A stretch of DNA of 64,000 nt, from contig CAYUPN010000001.1 in assembly GCA_964446605.1 (NCBI GenBank), forward strand, positions 71,692-135,691, in the 5' to 3' direction. This DNA comes from an uncultured Bifidobacteriaceae bacterium. Lineage in GTDB: Bacteria > Acidobacteriota > Vicinamibacteria > Vicinamibacterales > JAENWD01. The notes under the pieces were generated by a model that saw nothing but the letters and a program-made list of their open reading frames with translations, made no database searches and was not told where the DNA came from. Every line of letters begins with the position of its first letter. Positions within the stretch are counted from its first letter, which is position 1. The position numbers and the translations under genes are program-made. This document shows, one piece after another, positions 9,038 to 17,680 of the stretch.

Positions 9038-10012
9038 GTGCCCTATCTGAAGTTCTCCCGCGACCGGCGGGGCTATGAGAGCACGTACCTGCTCCAGGCC
9101 GGCCGCCGGCAGGGCAGCGAACGGCCCAGACTGTTGTACTGGTTCCGCACGCCGCCCCACGTGAAGGTCGGCCGGGCCGCCTTCGACGAAGAGGCGATCC
9201 GCGCGCTCGAGGAGCACCACCCGGACCTGGCCTTCGACTGGAAACACATTTTGCAGGCCCGTCCGCCGGCGGCGCCCGAGACACGGGAGCGGGAAGGCCG
9301 TCCCCAGCGGAAGCCGGAGCGCGGTGAGCGGAAGGGCCGGGAAGCCCGCAGGCCGGCGGCCGACAAGCCACGGCCGGCGGAAGCGGCCAGCCCGTCACCC
9401 GAGCGGGTTCCGGAACCCGAGGAAATCGCCGCGCCCGGACCGGCGGACGTGGAGTCCGTCACGGATGTCACGCCGGCTCCCGCGGAAGCGGTGACAGAAG
9501 TCGCCGCCCGGACTCCGGTCGAACCCGCCTTCGAACCGCCGGCTCCACGGCGCCGGCTGGTCCGCGTCTACGACGTGGACTCGTCCCCGGCGCCTCCGAT
9601 CGAGCATCGCGCGACCGACCCGCCGATGGCCAACCAGGTCCTGGGCGACGAAGCCGCGGAACTGCTGCGCGCGCGTCATGCGGAGTTGCTGGCCCGGATC
9701 GCCACCCGCGTCGCCGATCCCGCCCGTGCCGAGGCGCTCCGGGAACAGGCGGAGCGTTTGAATCCCGACACCTGGGTGACCGAAGCGGACGTGCGGACGG
9801 GCGCGGCGCAGGCGGAGGGCCTGCACGAGGAACTTCGGCGGCTCATCGGGGGACGTCGCAGGCGGCGGCGCCGCGGCCGCTCGCGGGACGCGGGTGCGGG
9901 TCGCCCGGACCAGCCGCAGACCGAGCCGTCCGACGACAGGGACGACAGGGAAGAGCAAGACCCCGAGGACCCCGAGGACGACGCCGGAGCGGGGGATCCG
10001 GACGTCAGCTGA
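9038..10012 (+). CDS. Hypothetical protein: compact N-terminal domain followed by a long charged, disordered region (RE-rich, then poly-Arg, then an acidic tail)
   Basis: 324-aa ORF starting 6 nt after the previous stop. N-terminus MPYLKFSRDRRGYESTYLLQ...LLYWFRTPPHVKVGR. C-terminus GGRRRRRRRGRSRD...DDRDDREEQDPEDPEDD. The competing antisense ORFs are Arg/Ser/Pro-rich artefacts. Confidence 0.55.
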   Translation: MPYLKFSRDRRGYESTYLLQAGRRQGSERPRLLYWFRTPPHVKVGRAAFDEEAIRALEEHHPDLAFDWKHILQARPPAAPETREREGRPQRKPERGERKGREARRPAADKPRPAEAASPSPERVPEPEEIAAPGPADVESVTDVTPAPAEAVTEVAARTPVEPAFEPPAPRRRLVRVYDVDSSPAPPIEHRATDPPMANQVLGDEAAELLRARHAELLARIATRVADPARAEALREQAERLNPDTWVTEADVRTGAAQAEGLHEELRRLIGGRRRRRRRGRSRDAGAGRPDQPQTEPSDDRDDREEQDPEDPEDDAGAGDPDVS

Positions 10013-10065
10013 GACATGCCGACCGGAGCGCGTCAGCGGAAGTCCAAACGACTATACTCGGAGCT

Positions 10066-11331
10066 ATGGTCATGCATGCGACCCGCCCGTTCCGCGTGAT
10101 CCTCGCGCTGGTACTGGCCGGCGTGACGCTCGGCGCCCAGGCGCCGCCTCAGCCGCCGCCATCCCAGCCCGGAGAGTCGGACCAGCCGACGTTCCGGATG
10201 CTGATCGATCTCATCACCACGGACGTCATCGTCCGTGATCGCAACGGCCAGTTCGTCGCCGATCTCACGAAGGACGACTTCGAGGTCCTCGAGGACGGAG
10301 TCCAGCAGGAGATCGCGTCGCTCGAGCTCGTGCACGGCGGACGCACCTTCAACCTGCAGGCGCCGCCGCCTCCGCCGCCGCAGGAGGGCATCATCCTGCC
10401 GGAGATGAGGCCGGTGAACGACGCGGCAGGGCGCATCTTCCTGTTCTTCGTCGACGACCTCCACATGCAGTTCCGCGACACGCCGCGGATCCGCCAGTTG
10501 TTCAAGCAGATGGCGGAGACGCTGCTGCACGACGGCGACATGTTCGGCGTCGTGTCGACCGGCACGTCCTCCATCGAAATCGACCTGACGTACGACCGGC
10601 GGCGCATGGACGAGGCGATCAACAAGATCTCGGGAGGCGGCCTGCGTCCGAGCGAGATCATCGAGGGGCCGCAGGGGCCGAACGGGCCGAGCGAGCTCCG
10701 CTACCGCGCGCACGTCGCGTTCCGCACGGCCTACGACATCGTCAACAACCTGGCGCAGGTGCAGAACCGGCGGAAGGCCGTCATCTACGTGAGCAACGGG
10801 TACGACTTCAACCCGTTCGAAGGGGCCCGTTTCAACGACCCGAACATCATCGGGATGACGAACGAGCGGTTCGCCCACATCGAGTACGACCCGTTCACCC
10901 GCACGAGCAACCGGTTCGCCGATGCGGACCTGGCGCGGGAGCTGGCCGAACTGACGCGCGCCGCCAACCGGGCGAACGCGACGTTCTACACGATCGACCC
11001 GCGCGGCCTGGTCGCGGGCTCCGACATCGACGAGCAGGTGGATCCGACCGAGTGGAACCAGCACGTGCGGAAGACGCAGGACAGCCTGCGCGTGATCGCG
11101 CACGAGACCGGTGGCTTCGCGGTCGTGAACCAGAACGACTTCGAGAAGGCGCTCAAGCGGATTGACGCCGAGAGCAGCGACTACTACGTGCTGGGGTACT
11201 ACTCGAGCAACCCCGACCCCTTGCGGCGGACCCGGCGGATCGAGGTGAAAGTCGCGCGTTCCGGGCTGGAGGTCTGGTCGCGGAAGGCCTATTCGCTCAA
11301 GCCGCCGCCGGCCCCGCCGGAAAGCCGTTAG
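10066..11331 (+). CDS. Secreted VWA-domain protein (VWFA-related acidobacterial domain type)
   Basis: 421 aa. It has a signal peptide (RVILALVLAGVTLGAQA). The N-terminal pattern FRMLIDLITTDVIVRDRNGQFVADLTKDDFEVLEDGVQQEI is typical of the TIGR03436-type family as I recall it. A VWA-like core follows (IFLFFVDDLH). Confidence 0.8.
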   Translation: MVMHATRPFRVILALVLAGVTLGAQAPPQPPPSQPGESDQPTFRMLIDLITTDVIVRDRNGQFVADLTKDDFEVLEDGVQQEIASLELVHGGRTFNLQAPPPPPPQEGIILPEMRPVNDAAGRIFLFFVDDLHMQFRDTPRIRQLFKQMAETLLHDGDMFGVVSTGTSSIEIDLTYDRRRMDEAINKISGGGLRPSEIIEGPQGPNGPSELRYRAHVAFRTAYDIVNNLAQVQNRRKAVIYVSNGYDFNPFEGARFNDPNIIGMTNERFAHIEYDPFTRTSNRFADADLARELAELTRAANRANATFYTIDPRGLVAGSDIDEQVDPTEWNQHVRKTQDSLRVIAHETGGFAVVNQNDFEKALKRIDAESSDYYVLGYYSSNPDPLRRTRRIEVKVARSGLEVWSRKAYSLKPPPAPPESR

Positions 11332-11343
11332 ACCACGGGCGGG

Positions 11344-12279
11344 TCATCCGACCCGGCGTTGTGTGCCGTTGCCGGCCGCTGCGGTCCTGCGGGATCGTCG
11401 CGGCCGGTTCCGTGTACGGGCCTGCTCCGCGATCGCCTCGCGCGTCCGCGCGATGGCTTCACGCAGATAGCCTTCGTCCAGCTCGAACCCGATGAAGTCG
11501 CGCCCCAGCCGCGCACAGGCCACCGCGGTGCTGCCAAGCCCCAGGAACGGGTCGGCGACCGTACGCACGCGGGGGAGTCCGTGCAGCCGCACGCAGTACT
11601 CCGGGAGGCGGGCCGGGAACGTCGCCGGGTGCGGCCGGTCCTTGTCCCGGTTCTGAATCGTGTCGTACGGCATGAACCACGTGTTGCCGCGGCACCGCAC
11701 GCCCCCACCGGCCGATTGCCAGCGGGTGACGTTCGACTGGTCCTGATAGGGCACGCCGAGGGCGAGCCGCTCGATCGGGATCCGGCCGTCGTGGGTGAAG
11801 TGGAAGATGAACTCGTGGCAGTCGTTGACGAATCGCCGGCTGTTGATCGGCTTGTAGTGGCCGAGCGCGAGGTCGCGATCCAGTCCCGCGTTGGCGCCGG
11901 CCGCGTCGCGATCGATCGCGATTGACTTGATCCAGTGCAGCGTGTTCTGGAGCGTCAGGTGCGGGCGCGCGGCCAGCGCGACGTCGATCGCGGTCCACGG
12001 ATCCGTCGGCTTCGCGCCGACGTTGAGGAACAGCGAGCCGCCGGGCGCGAGCAGGCGCGCCGCAGCGCGCACCCAGTCGCCGGTCCAGGCGAGATAGCGC
12101 TCGCGGGGAAGGGCGTCGGCGTAGCTGCGATACCGGATACCGAGGTTGTACGGCGGCGACGTGACGATCACGTCCGCAGCGCCCTCGGGAAGCCGGGGCA
12201 TCAGGGACAGACAGTCGCCGAGGAAGAACCGGAACGTCGCCGACCCCGCAGTCAGCGTCTCGTAGGGGCGTGGGGTCAC
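11344..12279 (-). CDS. Beta-class DNA methyltransferase (N4-cytosine or N6-adenine); no restriction partner nearby
   Basis: Within ORF 11344..12495. Motif IV DVIVTSPPYNLG precedes motif I ADPFLGLGSTAVAC (beta-class order). HPATFP is present. The likely start is GTG at 12279 (VTPRPYETLTAGSATFRFFLGDCL), because the upstream part of the ORF is Arg/Ser/Ala junk. Confidence 0.85.
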   Translation of the reverse strand: MTPRPYETLTAGSATFRFFLGDCLSLMPRLPEGAADVIVTSPPYNLGIRYRSYADALPRERYLAWTGDWVRAAARLLAPGGSLFLNVGAKPTDPWTAIDVALAARPHLTLQNTLHWIKSIAIDRDAAGANAGLDRDLALGHYKPINSRRFVNDCHEFIFHFTHDGRIPIERLALGVPYQDQSNVTRWQSAGGGVRCRGNTWFMPYDTIQNRDKDRPHPATFPARLPEYCVRLHGLPRVRTVADPFLGLGSTAVACARLGRDFIGFELDEGYLREAIARTREAIAEQARTRNRPRRSRRTAAAGNGTQRRVG

Positions 12280-12310
12280 AGACCCCGCATCATACCCTGC
12301 AGGCGGATCG

Positions 12311-12514
12311 CTACGACGCACGGACGGCGATCGGCGGCGTGCGCGCCGCGCGATCCGTGGCGACGGTGTGATTGCGACGGTGCAGCGCCAGCTCGCAGCT
12401 GCTGCCCTTCTCCTCGACGTACGCGAGCTCGCGGCTCGTCGCGACTTCCCGATAGCGGCCGACGACGCAGCCGCAGGTGAGCGTCGTGAAACCAAGCAAC
12501 CGGACCAGGCTCAT
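12311..12514 (-). CDS. Small conserved-looking Cys/His protein (67 aa), possibly metal-binding, just upstream of the methyltransferase
   Basis: MSLVRLLGFTTLTCGCVVGRYREVATSRELAYVEEKGSSCELALHRRNH. Codons are strongly GC3-biased. It has a CxC...C...HxxxH ligand pattern. It ends 31 nt before the MTase start on the same strand. Confidence 0.55.
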   Translation of the reverse strand: MSLVRLLGFTTLTCGCVVGRYREVATSRELAYVEEKGSSCELALHRRNHTVATDRAARTPPIAVRAS

Positions 12515-12767
12515 TGAGACCCCCGCCGCGCGAACTCATAGCAACTCACATGCCGCCCTCGTGGCACGCGTGACGAGCGTTGCGACCCGTGCACGCGCAC
12601 GTGTCCTGCCGCGCAGAATGCGGCGGAATCCGGGCGGTCGATGGCGGAAGCCTTCGTCATCGCGTCTCACGGGAGCGTGTCCATACGCCACACCAGGTGT
12701 CCTGAAAAGGGGGCTGTCGTTGGATTGACGCCCAAGCGATTGGATTCGCGATGTCACCAGTGAGGCC

Positions 12768-12810
12768 GGCCTCGCGGGAGAACGGACCCGGAGGCCCGAT
12801 TATTTTTTCT
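12768..12810 (+). terminator. Intrinsic-terminator-like hairpin plus T-run with no annotated + strand gene upstream
   Basis: GGCCTCgCGGG (12768-12778) pairs with CCCGGAGGCC (12787-12796): 10 bp with one bulge and an 8-nt loop. It is followed by cgatTATTTTTTcT (12797-12810). Confidence 0.5.
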
Positions 12811-12820
12811 CCCTAAGTGC

Positions 12821-12849
12821 TTGCCTCATAAAGGTTCTCTGGTTATCAT
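12821..12849 (+). promoter_or_regulatory. Sigma-70-like promoter for the PBP gene (TTGCCT-N17-TATCAT)
   Basis: TTGCCT at 12821-12826, a 17-nt spacer, and TATCAT at 12844-12849, about 50 nt upstream of the ATG at 12899. The local region is AT-rich. Confidence 0.4.
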
Positions 12850-12898
12850 CCGACTACTAGCAGAAAGGCCTCTGGTCGCTTCGGAAGGGACCTGTCGG

Positions 12899-14029
12899 AT
12901 GCTCCAGATGAGGTTCGCGGGCGTCGTGCGTCCGTTCGTCGTCTTCGTGGGAATCTGCGTCGCGGTCGTCGGTGCCGGCGACGCGGTGATCGCAGCTTCC
13001 CTCCTGCATACGCCCGTATCGACCAGCGCGTCGCCGCTGGTATCAGGGGTCGTCCGGACCGAGGTCGCGGCCCAGAAAAAGTCCTCGAAGCGTCTGTCCA
13101 AGGCGGCCAGGGCGCGCCGCGCGCGCCAGGCTCGTGCGCGGGCGGCCGCGCGGGCACGCCAGCTGCGCGAGCTCGCGCAACCCAAGTTCAAGCTGAACGA
13201 GCGGGGCGAGCTGGTGCCCGACGTCCGGGCGGCCGCGGCGATCATCTACAACCCGGAGACCGACCAGGTCCTCTGGGAGTCGAACTCGCAGGATCCCCGC
13301 TCCATTGCCAGCATCACGAAGGTCATGACGGCCGCCGTGATGCTCGAGGCGCATCCGAATCCCGAGCGTACCGTCACGATTGCCCGGTCCGACGTCCTGC
13401 GCGCGAGCCACACGTATCTGCGCGCCGGAGAGAAAGTGACGATCGACGACCTGCTGCACCTGACGCTCATCGCGTCCGACAACGCGGCGGCTCGCGCGGT
13501 GGCCAGGACTTCGCCGCTCGGCACCGAGCGGTTCATCGACCGGATGAACGAGAAGGCGGCCGAGCTCGGGCTCGAGCACACGACTTACGCGGACCCGTCC
13601 GGGCTGGATGCGCGCAACGTGTCGTCCGCCTATGACATGGCCCGGCTGATCGCCTTCGCCGCCAGCGACGAGCGCCTCGCGTCGATCATGCGGAAGCCGC
13701 ACCACACGATTCTGACCAGTCGCCGGGCCCTGAACATCAACAACACGAACCGGCTGCTCGGCAACGAGGACGTGGACGTCCGGGGCGGCAAGACCGGATT
13801 CATCTCCAAGGCCGGCTATTGCCTCGCGACGCTGCTGCGGCTGCCGCAGACCGATCAGCAGGTCGCCGTCGTCGTGCTGGGCGCCCGATCGAGCGCCGGC
13901 CGGTTCTGGGAGACGCGGCACCTGTTCAACTGGCTCGCGTCCCGGACGCAGTCGCTGAACATGCTCACCGCGACACCCGCCGTCGGCGGTGCCACCACCC
14001 AGACGGCGGCTTCCTCGGCGCAGAACTGA
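12899..14029 (+). CDS. D-alanyl-D-alanine carboxypeptidase / serine-type PBP (peptidase S11 family)
   Basis: Within ORF 12821..14029. ATG at 12899 follows GAAGGGA. It has an N-terminal TM segment, then SxxK (ASITKVMT), SxN (IASDNAA) and KTG (GGKTGFI). Confidence 0.85.
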   Translation: MLQMRFAGVVRPFVVFVGICVAVVGAGDAVIAASLLHTPVSTSASPLVSGVVRTEVAAQKKSSKRLSKAARARRARQARARAAARARQLRELAQPKFKLNERGELVPDVRAAAAIIYNPETDQVLWESNSQDPRSIASITKVMTAAVMLEAHPNPERTVTIARSDVLRASHTYLRAGEKVTIDDLLHLTLIASDNAAARAVARTSPLGTERFIDRMNEKAAELGLEHTTYADPSGLDARNVSSAYDMARLIAFAASDERLASIMRKPHHTILTSRRALNINNTNRLLGNEDVDVRGGKTGFISKAGYCLATLLRLPQTDQQVAVVVLGARSSAGRFWETRHLFNWLASRTQSLNMLTATPAVGGATTQTAASSAQN

Positions 14030-14051
14030 CGGTTACCACCCTCGTGAAGAC

Positions 14052-14085
14052 GACGACGCGGGCGCCTCGTGGCGCCCGTTGTCGT
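14052..14085. terminator. GC-rich hairpin between the convergent PBP and fdhE-like genes
   Basis: GACGACGCGGGCGCC - tcgt - GGCGCCCGTTGTCGT. The core is a 9-bp perfect stem (GCGGGCGCC/GGCGCCCGt) with a 4-nt loop. Confidence 0.5.
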
Positions 14086-14119
14086 GTACGGACGCGGATC
14101 GGTCCGGCGAGCTGACGGC

Positions 14120-14977
14120 TCAGGCCCCGATGAAGCCCTGCTGGACGGCTGCAGCGTCGAGGGGAAGGGTGGCGATGGCGTCGACCGGCGGCATCGCCGG
14201 CCGGCTGGTGTGACGGACGTCGACGGCCTTCAGGTAACGCCGGCAGACCTGGCACGCATAGATCCGGTATTGGCGATCCCGGCTGGCGAACATCGGCAGC
14301 TGGGCGCGATCCCGGGTCGGGCACCAGGGGCAGCCCACCGCTTCCCACGGCCAGCGTCCCAGGCAGCGGCTGCACACGAGGGCCCGGTGGTGGTCATCGA
14401 GCAGGACGGCGAAATCCGGTTCCGCGCCGCAGTACGGGCACCACGATCGGCCCCAGTCGCCGAGCGTGACCTGCCGGCTCGCAATTTCCAGCGAGCGCGA
14501 AAGGAACGGCCGGATCGCCAGGCTCGCCACATCATCGAACATCGCCGGGCGGTCGGTGGCCGGGGACGCCGCAGGGCCGCGTACCGTTTCCCCGTACCAG
14601 ACCCGGATCAGCTGCTCTGTCGCGTCGGCATCGCGCACGAGGGTGCTGAGCGCGTCGTGATGGGGCGGTTCCAGCGAGTCGTGCCGCGCGAGGATGTCGG
14701 CCGTCTGGCGCAGCGCCAGCCGCACCTCCGCCCAGTCGAGCGGCAAATCCTCGAGCTCGAGCATGCGCATTCCGCGTTCCAGGCGCCCCATCAGCAGCGC
14801 CGGCGACGCCGGGATGGGGGGGGTCGGAATCCGTACCAGCAGGCGCCGTCCGAGCTCCATCAGGTCCACCTGCAGGTCGACGGCGGGCGCCAGTTCGGGA
14901 TGGCTCGCGCGCAGCGCGCGCAGCTCCGCGATTTCCGGCGGTTCCGGCCTCGCCGGACGTGACGGGGGATGGACCAT
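14120..14977 (-). CDS. fdhE: FdhE-family protein (formate dehydrogenase accessory protein-like, four CxxC motifs)
   Basis: C-terminal 285 codons of ORF 14120..15463, from the ATG at 14977 (MVHPPSRP). Motifs: CPYCG, CSRC, CPWC, CQVC and the final LPLDAAA pattern typical of FdhE. Confidence 0.75.
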   Translation of the reverse strand: MVHPPSRPARPEPPEIAELRALRASHPELAPAVDLQVDLMELGRRLLVRIPTPPIPASPALLMGRLERGMRMLELEDLPLDWAEVRLALRQTADILARHDSLEPPHHDALSTLVRDADATEQLIRVWYGETVRGPAASPATDRPAMFDDVASLAIRPFLSRSLEIASRQVTLGDWGRSWCPYCGAEPDFAVLLDDHHRALVCSRCLGRWPWEAVGCPWCPTRDRAQLPMFASRDRQYRIYACQVCRRYLKAVDVRHTSRPAMPPVDAIATLPLDAAAVQQGFIGA

Positions 14978-15139
14978 GGCCGCAGCGAAGATATCATGGC
15001 GTGCCCCGGCGACACCGCCGGGCATCTCAGGAACAGGGTGGCCCTGGCGCGCCGGTGCGAGAGAGTTGGCAGCGGCGCCGCGAGTGGGCGATGATGAGGT
15101 AATTGCCGCCCGCAGGGCGGACCTGAGCAACGGATCATC

Positions 15140-15469
15140 ATGGCGGACAAAGTGCAGACGTTTACGGACACGAACTTCGCGCAGGACGTGCTGCAGTCGC
15201 AGCAGCCCGTGCTGGTCGACTTCTGGGCGGAGTGGTGCGGCCCGTGCAAGCGGATTGCGCCGACCGTCGAGGCCCTCGCGACGGACTTCGACGGGCGTGC
15301 AACCATCGGCAAGCTGAATGTCGACGACAACCCGCGGACGCCGGCACAGTACTCGGTGCGCGGCATCCCGACGCTCCTGATCTTCAAGGGAGGGGAGGTC
15401 GTGGAGTCCGTCGTCGGCGCCCAGGTCACGCGCGAGCAGCTCTCCCAGATGATCGAGAAGCACCTGTGA
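15140..15469 (+). CDS. trxA: Thioredoxin
   Basis: 109 aa. [18 protein letters not shown] active site; [11 protein letters not shown]. Confidence 0.95.
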   Translation: MADKVQTFTDTNFAQDVLQSQQPVLVDFWAEWCGPCKRIAPTVEALATDFDGRATIGKLNVDDNPRTPAQYSVRGIPTLLIFKGGEVVESVVGAQVTREQLSQMIEKHL

Positions 15470-16449
15470 GCGCGCCTGAACATCGCCAGGTCGTCATCAT
15501 CGGGTCCGGCCCCGCCGGGCTGACGGCGGCGCTGTATACCGCCCGGGCCAACCTGCAGCCGCTCGTGATCGAAGGGCTCGAAGCCGGGGGCCAGCTGATG
15601 ATCACGACGATGGTCGAGAACTGGCCGGGCTATCGGGACGGGATCATGGGGCCCGACCTGATGGCGGAGATGCGGGCCCAGGCGGAGCGGTTCGGCGCGA
15701 CGATTCGGGCCGGTCACGTGGACGCCGTCGATCTCGGCGTGCGCCCGTTCGTCGTCCGGATGGGCCGCACGTCGGTCACGGCGGATTCCCTGATCATCGC
15801 GACCGGCGCCTCGGCGAAGTGGCTCGGTCTGCCGTCCGAGAAGCAGCTGGTCGGCCGCGGCGTCTCCAGCTGCGCCACCTGCGACGGCGCCTTCTTCAGG
15901 GACCGGCCTCTCGTCGTCGTCGGTGGCGGCGACACCGCGATGGAGGAGGCGCTCTTCCTGACGCGGTTTGCCTCGAAGGTCTACGTCGTGCACCGGCGCG
16001 ATCGCCTGCGCGCGTCCAAGATCATGCAGGACAAGGCGATGGCGCACCCGAAGATCGAGTTCATCTGGAACACGGTCGTCGAGGAGATCCACGACGTCGC
16101 GAAGGGCGAGGTCACGGCTGTCGTGCTGAGGAACATCGAGACGCAGGAGCGGTCGGAGCTGGCCGTGGACGGCGTCTTCGTGGCGATCGGACACTCGCCG
16201 AACACCGGGCTGTTCCAGGGGCAGCTCGAGCTCGATCCGAACGGCTACATCGTCACGAGCGGCACGCGGACGAACGTGGTCGGCGTGTTCGCCGCCGGCG
16301 ATGTCCAGGATGCCACCTACCGTCAGGCGATCACCGCGGCCGGATCGGGTTGCATGGCCGCCATGGACGCCGAGCGCTACCTCGAGGACCTCGGGCACCG
16401 CCCCGTGCCGGAGTCGCCCGCCTCGATCGAGACCGCAAGCAGCAGCTAG
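15466..16449 (+). CDS. trxB: Thioredoxin-disulfide reductase
   Basis: Within ORF 15232..16449. GTG at 15466 overlaps the trxA stop (GTGA). Motifs: [22 protein letters not shown] redox centre, [19 protein letters not shown]. Confidence 0.93.
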   Translation: MSAPEHRQVVIIGSGPAGLTAALYTARANLQPLVIEGLEAGGQLMITTMVENWPGYRDGIMGPDLMAEMRAQAERFGATIRAGHVDAVDLGVRPFVVRMGRTSVTADSLIIATGASAKWLGLPSEKQLVGRGVSSCATCDGAFFRDRPLVVVGGGDTAMEEALFLTRFASKVYVVHRRDRLRASKIMQDKAMAHPKIEFIWNTVVEEIHDVAKGEVTAVVLRNIETQERSELAVDGVFVAIGHSPNTGLFQGQLELDPNGYIVTSGTRTNVVGVFAAGDVQDATYRQAITAAGSGCMAAMDAERYLEDLGHRPVPESPASIETASSS

Positions 16450-16589
16450 CCCCGGCGGCGGCAGCCAGTCCCGGACACCGAATCAACCAGACTGAAGATG
16501 ACGCGGCCTTCGCGCACGCATGCGGGGGCCGCGTTCGTCACTCCAGGGGAGCGTCAGCGCCGGCCCGGCCGGCATGGTGGCTCAGTGAC

Positions 16590-17654
16590 TCAGTCGATCC
16601 AGCCGCCGCCGAGCACCTCGTCTCCGTCGTAGAAGACGGCTGCCTGGCCGGGTGTCACGGCGACCTGGGGCGCATCGAAGACGATCTGCACCCGATCGGG
16701 GCCGATCGGCGTGATCGTTGCCGCGCCCGGGGCGTGGTGATGCCGGATCTGGACGTCCGCGGCAATCGGTCCGTCCGGCGCCTGGCCCGCGATCCAGTTC
16801 ACCTGCCCGACCTCGCAGTCCGTCCGCTCCAGATCGCTGCGGCTGCCAACCACGAGCGTCGCCGTGTCCGGCTGGATGGCGAGCACGTAGAGCGGCTCGG
16901 CGGAGGAGAGACGGAGGCCCTTTCGCTGTCCGACCGTGAAGCGGTGGATGCCGTCGTGCCGTCCGAGCACGTGCCCGGCCGCGTTCGTGATCGCGCCGCC
17001 CGGCGGGGCGGCTCCGAGCTTCGTCTCGACCACGCGCGCGTAGTCGCCGTCAGGGACGAAGCAGATTTCCTGGCTGTCCGGCTTGTCGGCCACCGGAAGG
17101 CTGCGCACCCGGGCATAGGCCCGCACGTCCGCCTTCGACCAGTCGCCGACGGGAAACGCCGCGCGTGAGAGCTGCTCCTGTGTGAGCGCGAACAGGAAGT
17201 AGGACTGGTCCTTGTCGGCGTCCAGACCGCGATGCAGGTGACGCCGACCGTCTTCGTCCACCCGAATCCGGGCGTAGTGGCCGGTGGCGACCGTGCCGGC
17301 GTCGAACCCGGCGGCCCGGTTCACGAGCGTGGCGAACTTGAGCTCGCTGTTGCAGTGGCTGCAGGGAATGGGTGTCCGCCCCGCCGCGTACTCGCGGACG
17401 AAGGTCGCGACGACGGTCTCCTGGAAGGGGCGCTCCAGATTCAGGACGTAATGGGGGATGCCGAGCGCCGCCGCGACGCGGCGCGCGTCGTGCAGATCGT
17501 CCAGCGAGCAGCAGCGTCCGAATGCGCCGGGGTTGCCCTCGCGCTGATCGTAGAGCTGCATCGAGAGGCCGATGACCTCGTGCCCGGCCTCGACGAGGCG
17601 CGCGGCGGCAACCGAGGAGTCCACGCCGCCCGACATGGCAACGACGATTCGCAT
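16590..17654 (-). CDS. mnmA: tRNA 2-thiouridine(34) synthase
   Basis: C-terminal 354 codons of the composite ORF 16590..18944, from the ATG at 17654. Motifs: [17 protein letters not shown] (PP-loop), [20 protein letters not shown]. Confidence 0.93.
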   Translation of the reverse strand: MRIVVAMSGGVDSSVAAARLVEAGHEVIGLSMQLYDQREGNPGAFGRCCSLDDLHDARRVAAALGIPHYVLNLERPFQETVVATFVREYAAGRTPIPCSHCNSELKFATLVNRAAGFDAGTVATGHYARIRVDEDGRRHLHRGLDADKDQSYFLFALTQEQLSRAAFPVGDWSKADVRAYARVRSLPVADKPDSQEICFVPDGDYARVVETKLGAAPPGGAITNAAGHVLGRHDGIHRFTVGQRKGLRLSSAEPLYVLAIQPDTATLVVGSRSDLERTDCEVGQVNWIAGQAPDGPIAADVQIRHHHAPGAATITPIGPDRVQIVFDAPQVAVTPGQAAVFYDGDEVLGGGWID

Positions 17655-17680
17655 GCTGCTGGGTGCGCGCGCGGCGCGTC

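Noticed and set aside
8174-12514. The nuclease-fold gene at 8174 as the missing restriction partner of the methyltransferase at 11344..12279.
   Set aside because: The two are on opposite strands and 2.3 kb apart, separated by two unrelated genes. The nuclease-like domain lacks the canonical Lys and carries a histone-like tail instead of a specificity domain. There is no support for a functional R-M pair.
12556-12585. TGGCAC at ~12564, and other TGGCAC occurrences (for example 61869 on the + strand), as sigma-54 promoters.
   Set aside because: No TTGC-like -12 element lies at the required 5-nt spacing, or the site is inside or facing the wrong way relative to genes. Only the 61729-61743 site has correct spacing and orientation.
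12690-12725. SRP (4.5S) RNA-like stretch CACCAGGTGTCCTGAAAAGGGGGCTG.
   Set aside because: The resemblance to ACCAGGUCAGGUCCGGAAGGAAGCAGCC is only superficial. The conserved AGCA and the symmetric-loop residues are missing, and no long closing helix was found by eye.
12477-12757. ORFs 12477..12728 (+, 83 aa) and 12536..12757 (-, 73 aa) as protein genes in the gap.
   Set aside because: GC3 bias is weak compared with real genes here. The composition is Arg/Ser-rich, there is no RBS, and they overlap each other. The region is treated as noncoding.
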